DNA of 64,000 bases from Octopus sinensis (lineage: Eukaryota): assembly GCF_006345805.1 (NCBI RefSeq), contig NC_042999.1, positions 94,054,001 to 94,118,000 on the forward strand, given 5' to 3'. A program made the position numbers and the translations under genes. Below the pieces are notes generated by a model. It was not told the DNA's origin. It was given only the letters and a program-made list of their open reading frames with translations, and made no database searches. How positions within the stretch are numbered: the stretch's first letter is position 1; the number at the start of each line of letters is the position of its first letter. Shown here piece after piece: positions 63,974-64,000 of this stretch.

Positions 63974-64000
63974 CATATATATATATATATATATATATAT

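Overview
Eukaryotic, very AT-rich (TA/CA/AAT microsatellite-laden) genomic DNA. The SINE families and repeat landscape look like a coleoid cephalopod, probably Octopus; this is inference from recognition, not a search. I recognise no host protein-coding gene. The window is most likely intergenic or the inside of very large introns, with a few weak exon candidates (2014-2100 -, 25928-26190 -, 55053-55343 +). Nearly all interpretable sequence is transposon-derived: at least four tRNA-type SINE families, CR1/L2-like LINEs (six fragments, one with a 318-aa open RT frame), R4/Dong-type and another restriction-like-endonuclease LINE, an RTE LINE, three Penelope-like (GIY-YIG) fragments, a Tc1 fragment and a probable non-autonomous Helitron. 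The most interesting theme is a set of Penelope-type terminal repeats carrying minimal hammerhead-ribozyme folds (15760-15805, 20022-20070, 26352-26392, 36951-37001, probably 63884-63930). These repeatedly occur as inverted or fold-back pairs, including a 90-bp-arm near-perfect hairpin at 63775-63973. Most ORFs in the supplied track are microsatellite artefacts. All alignments were done by eye and TE boundaries are approximate.
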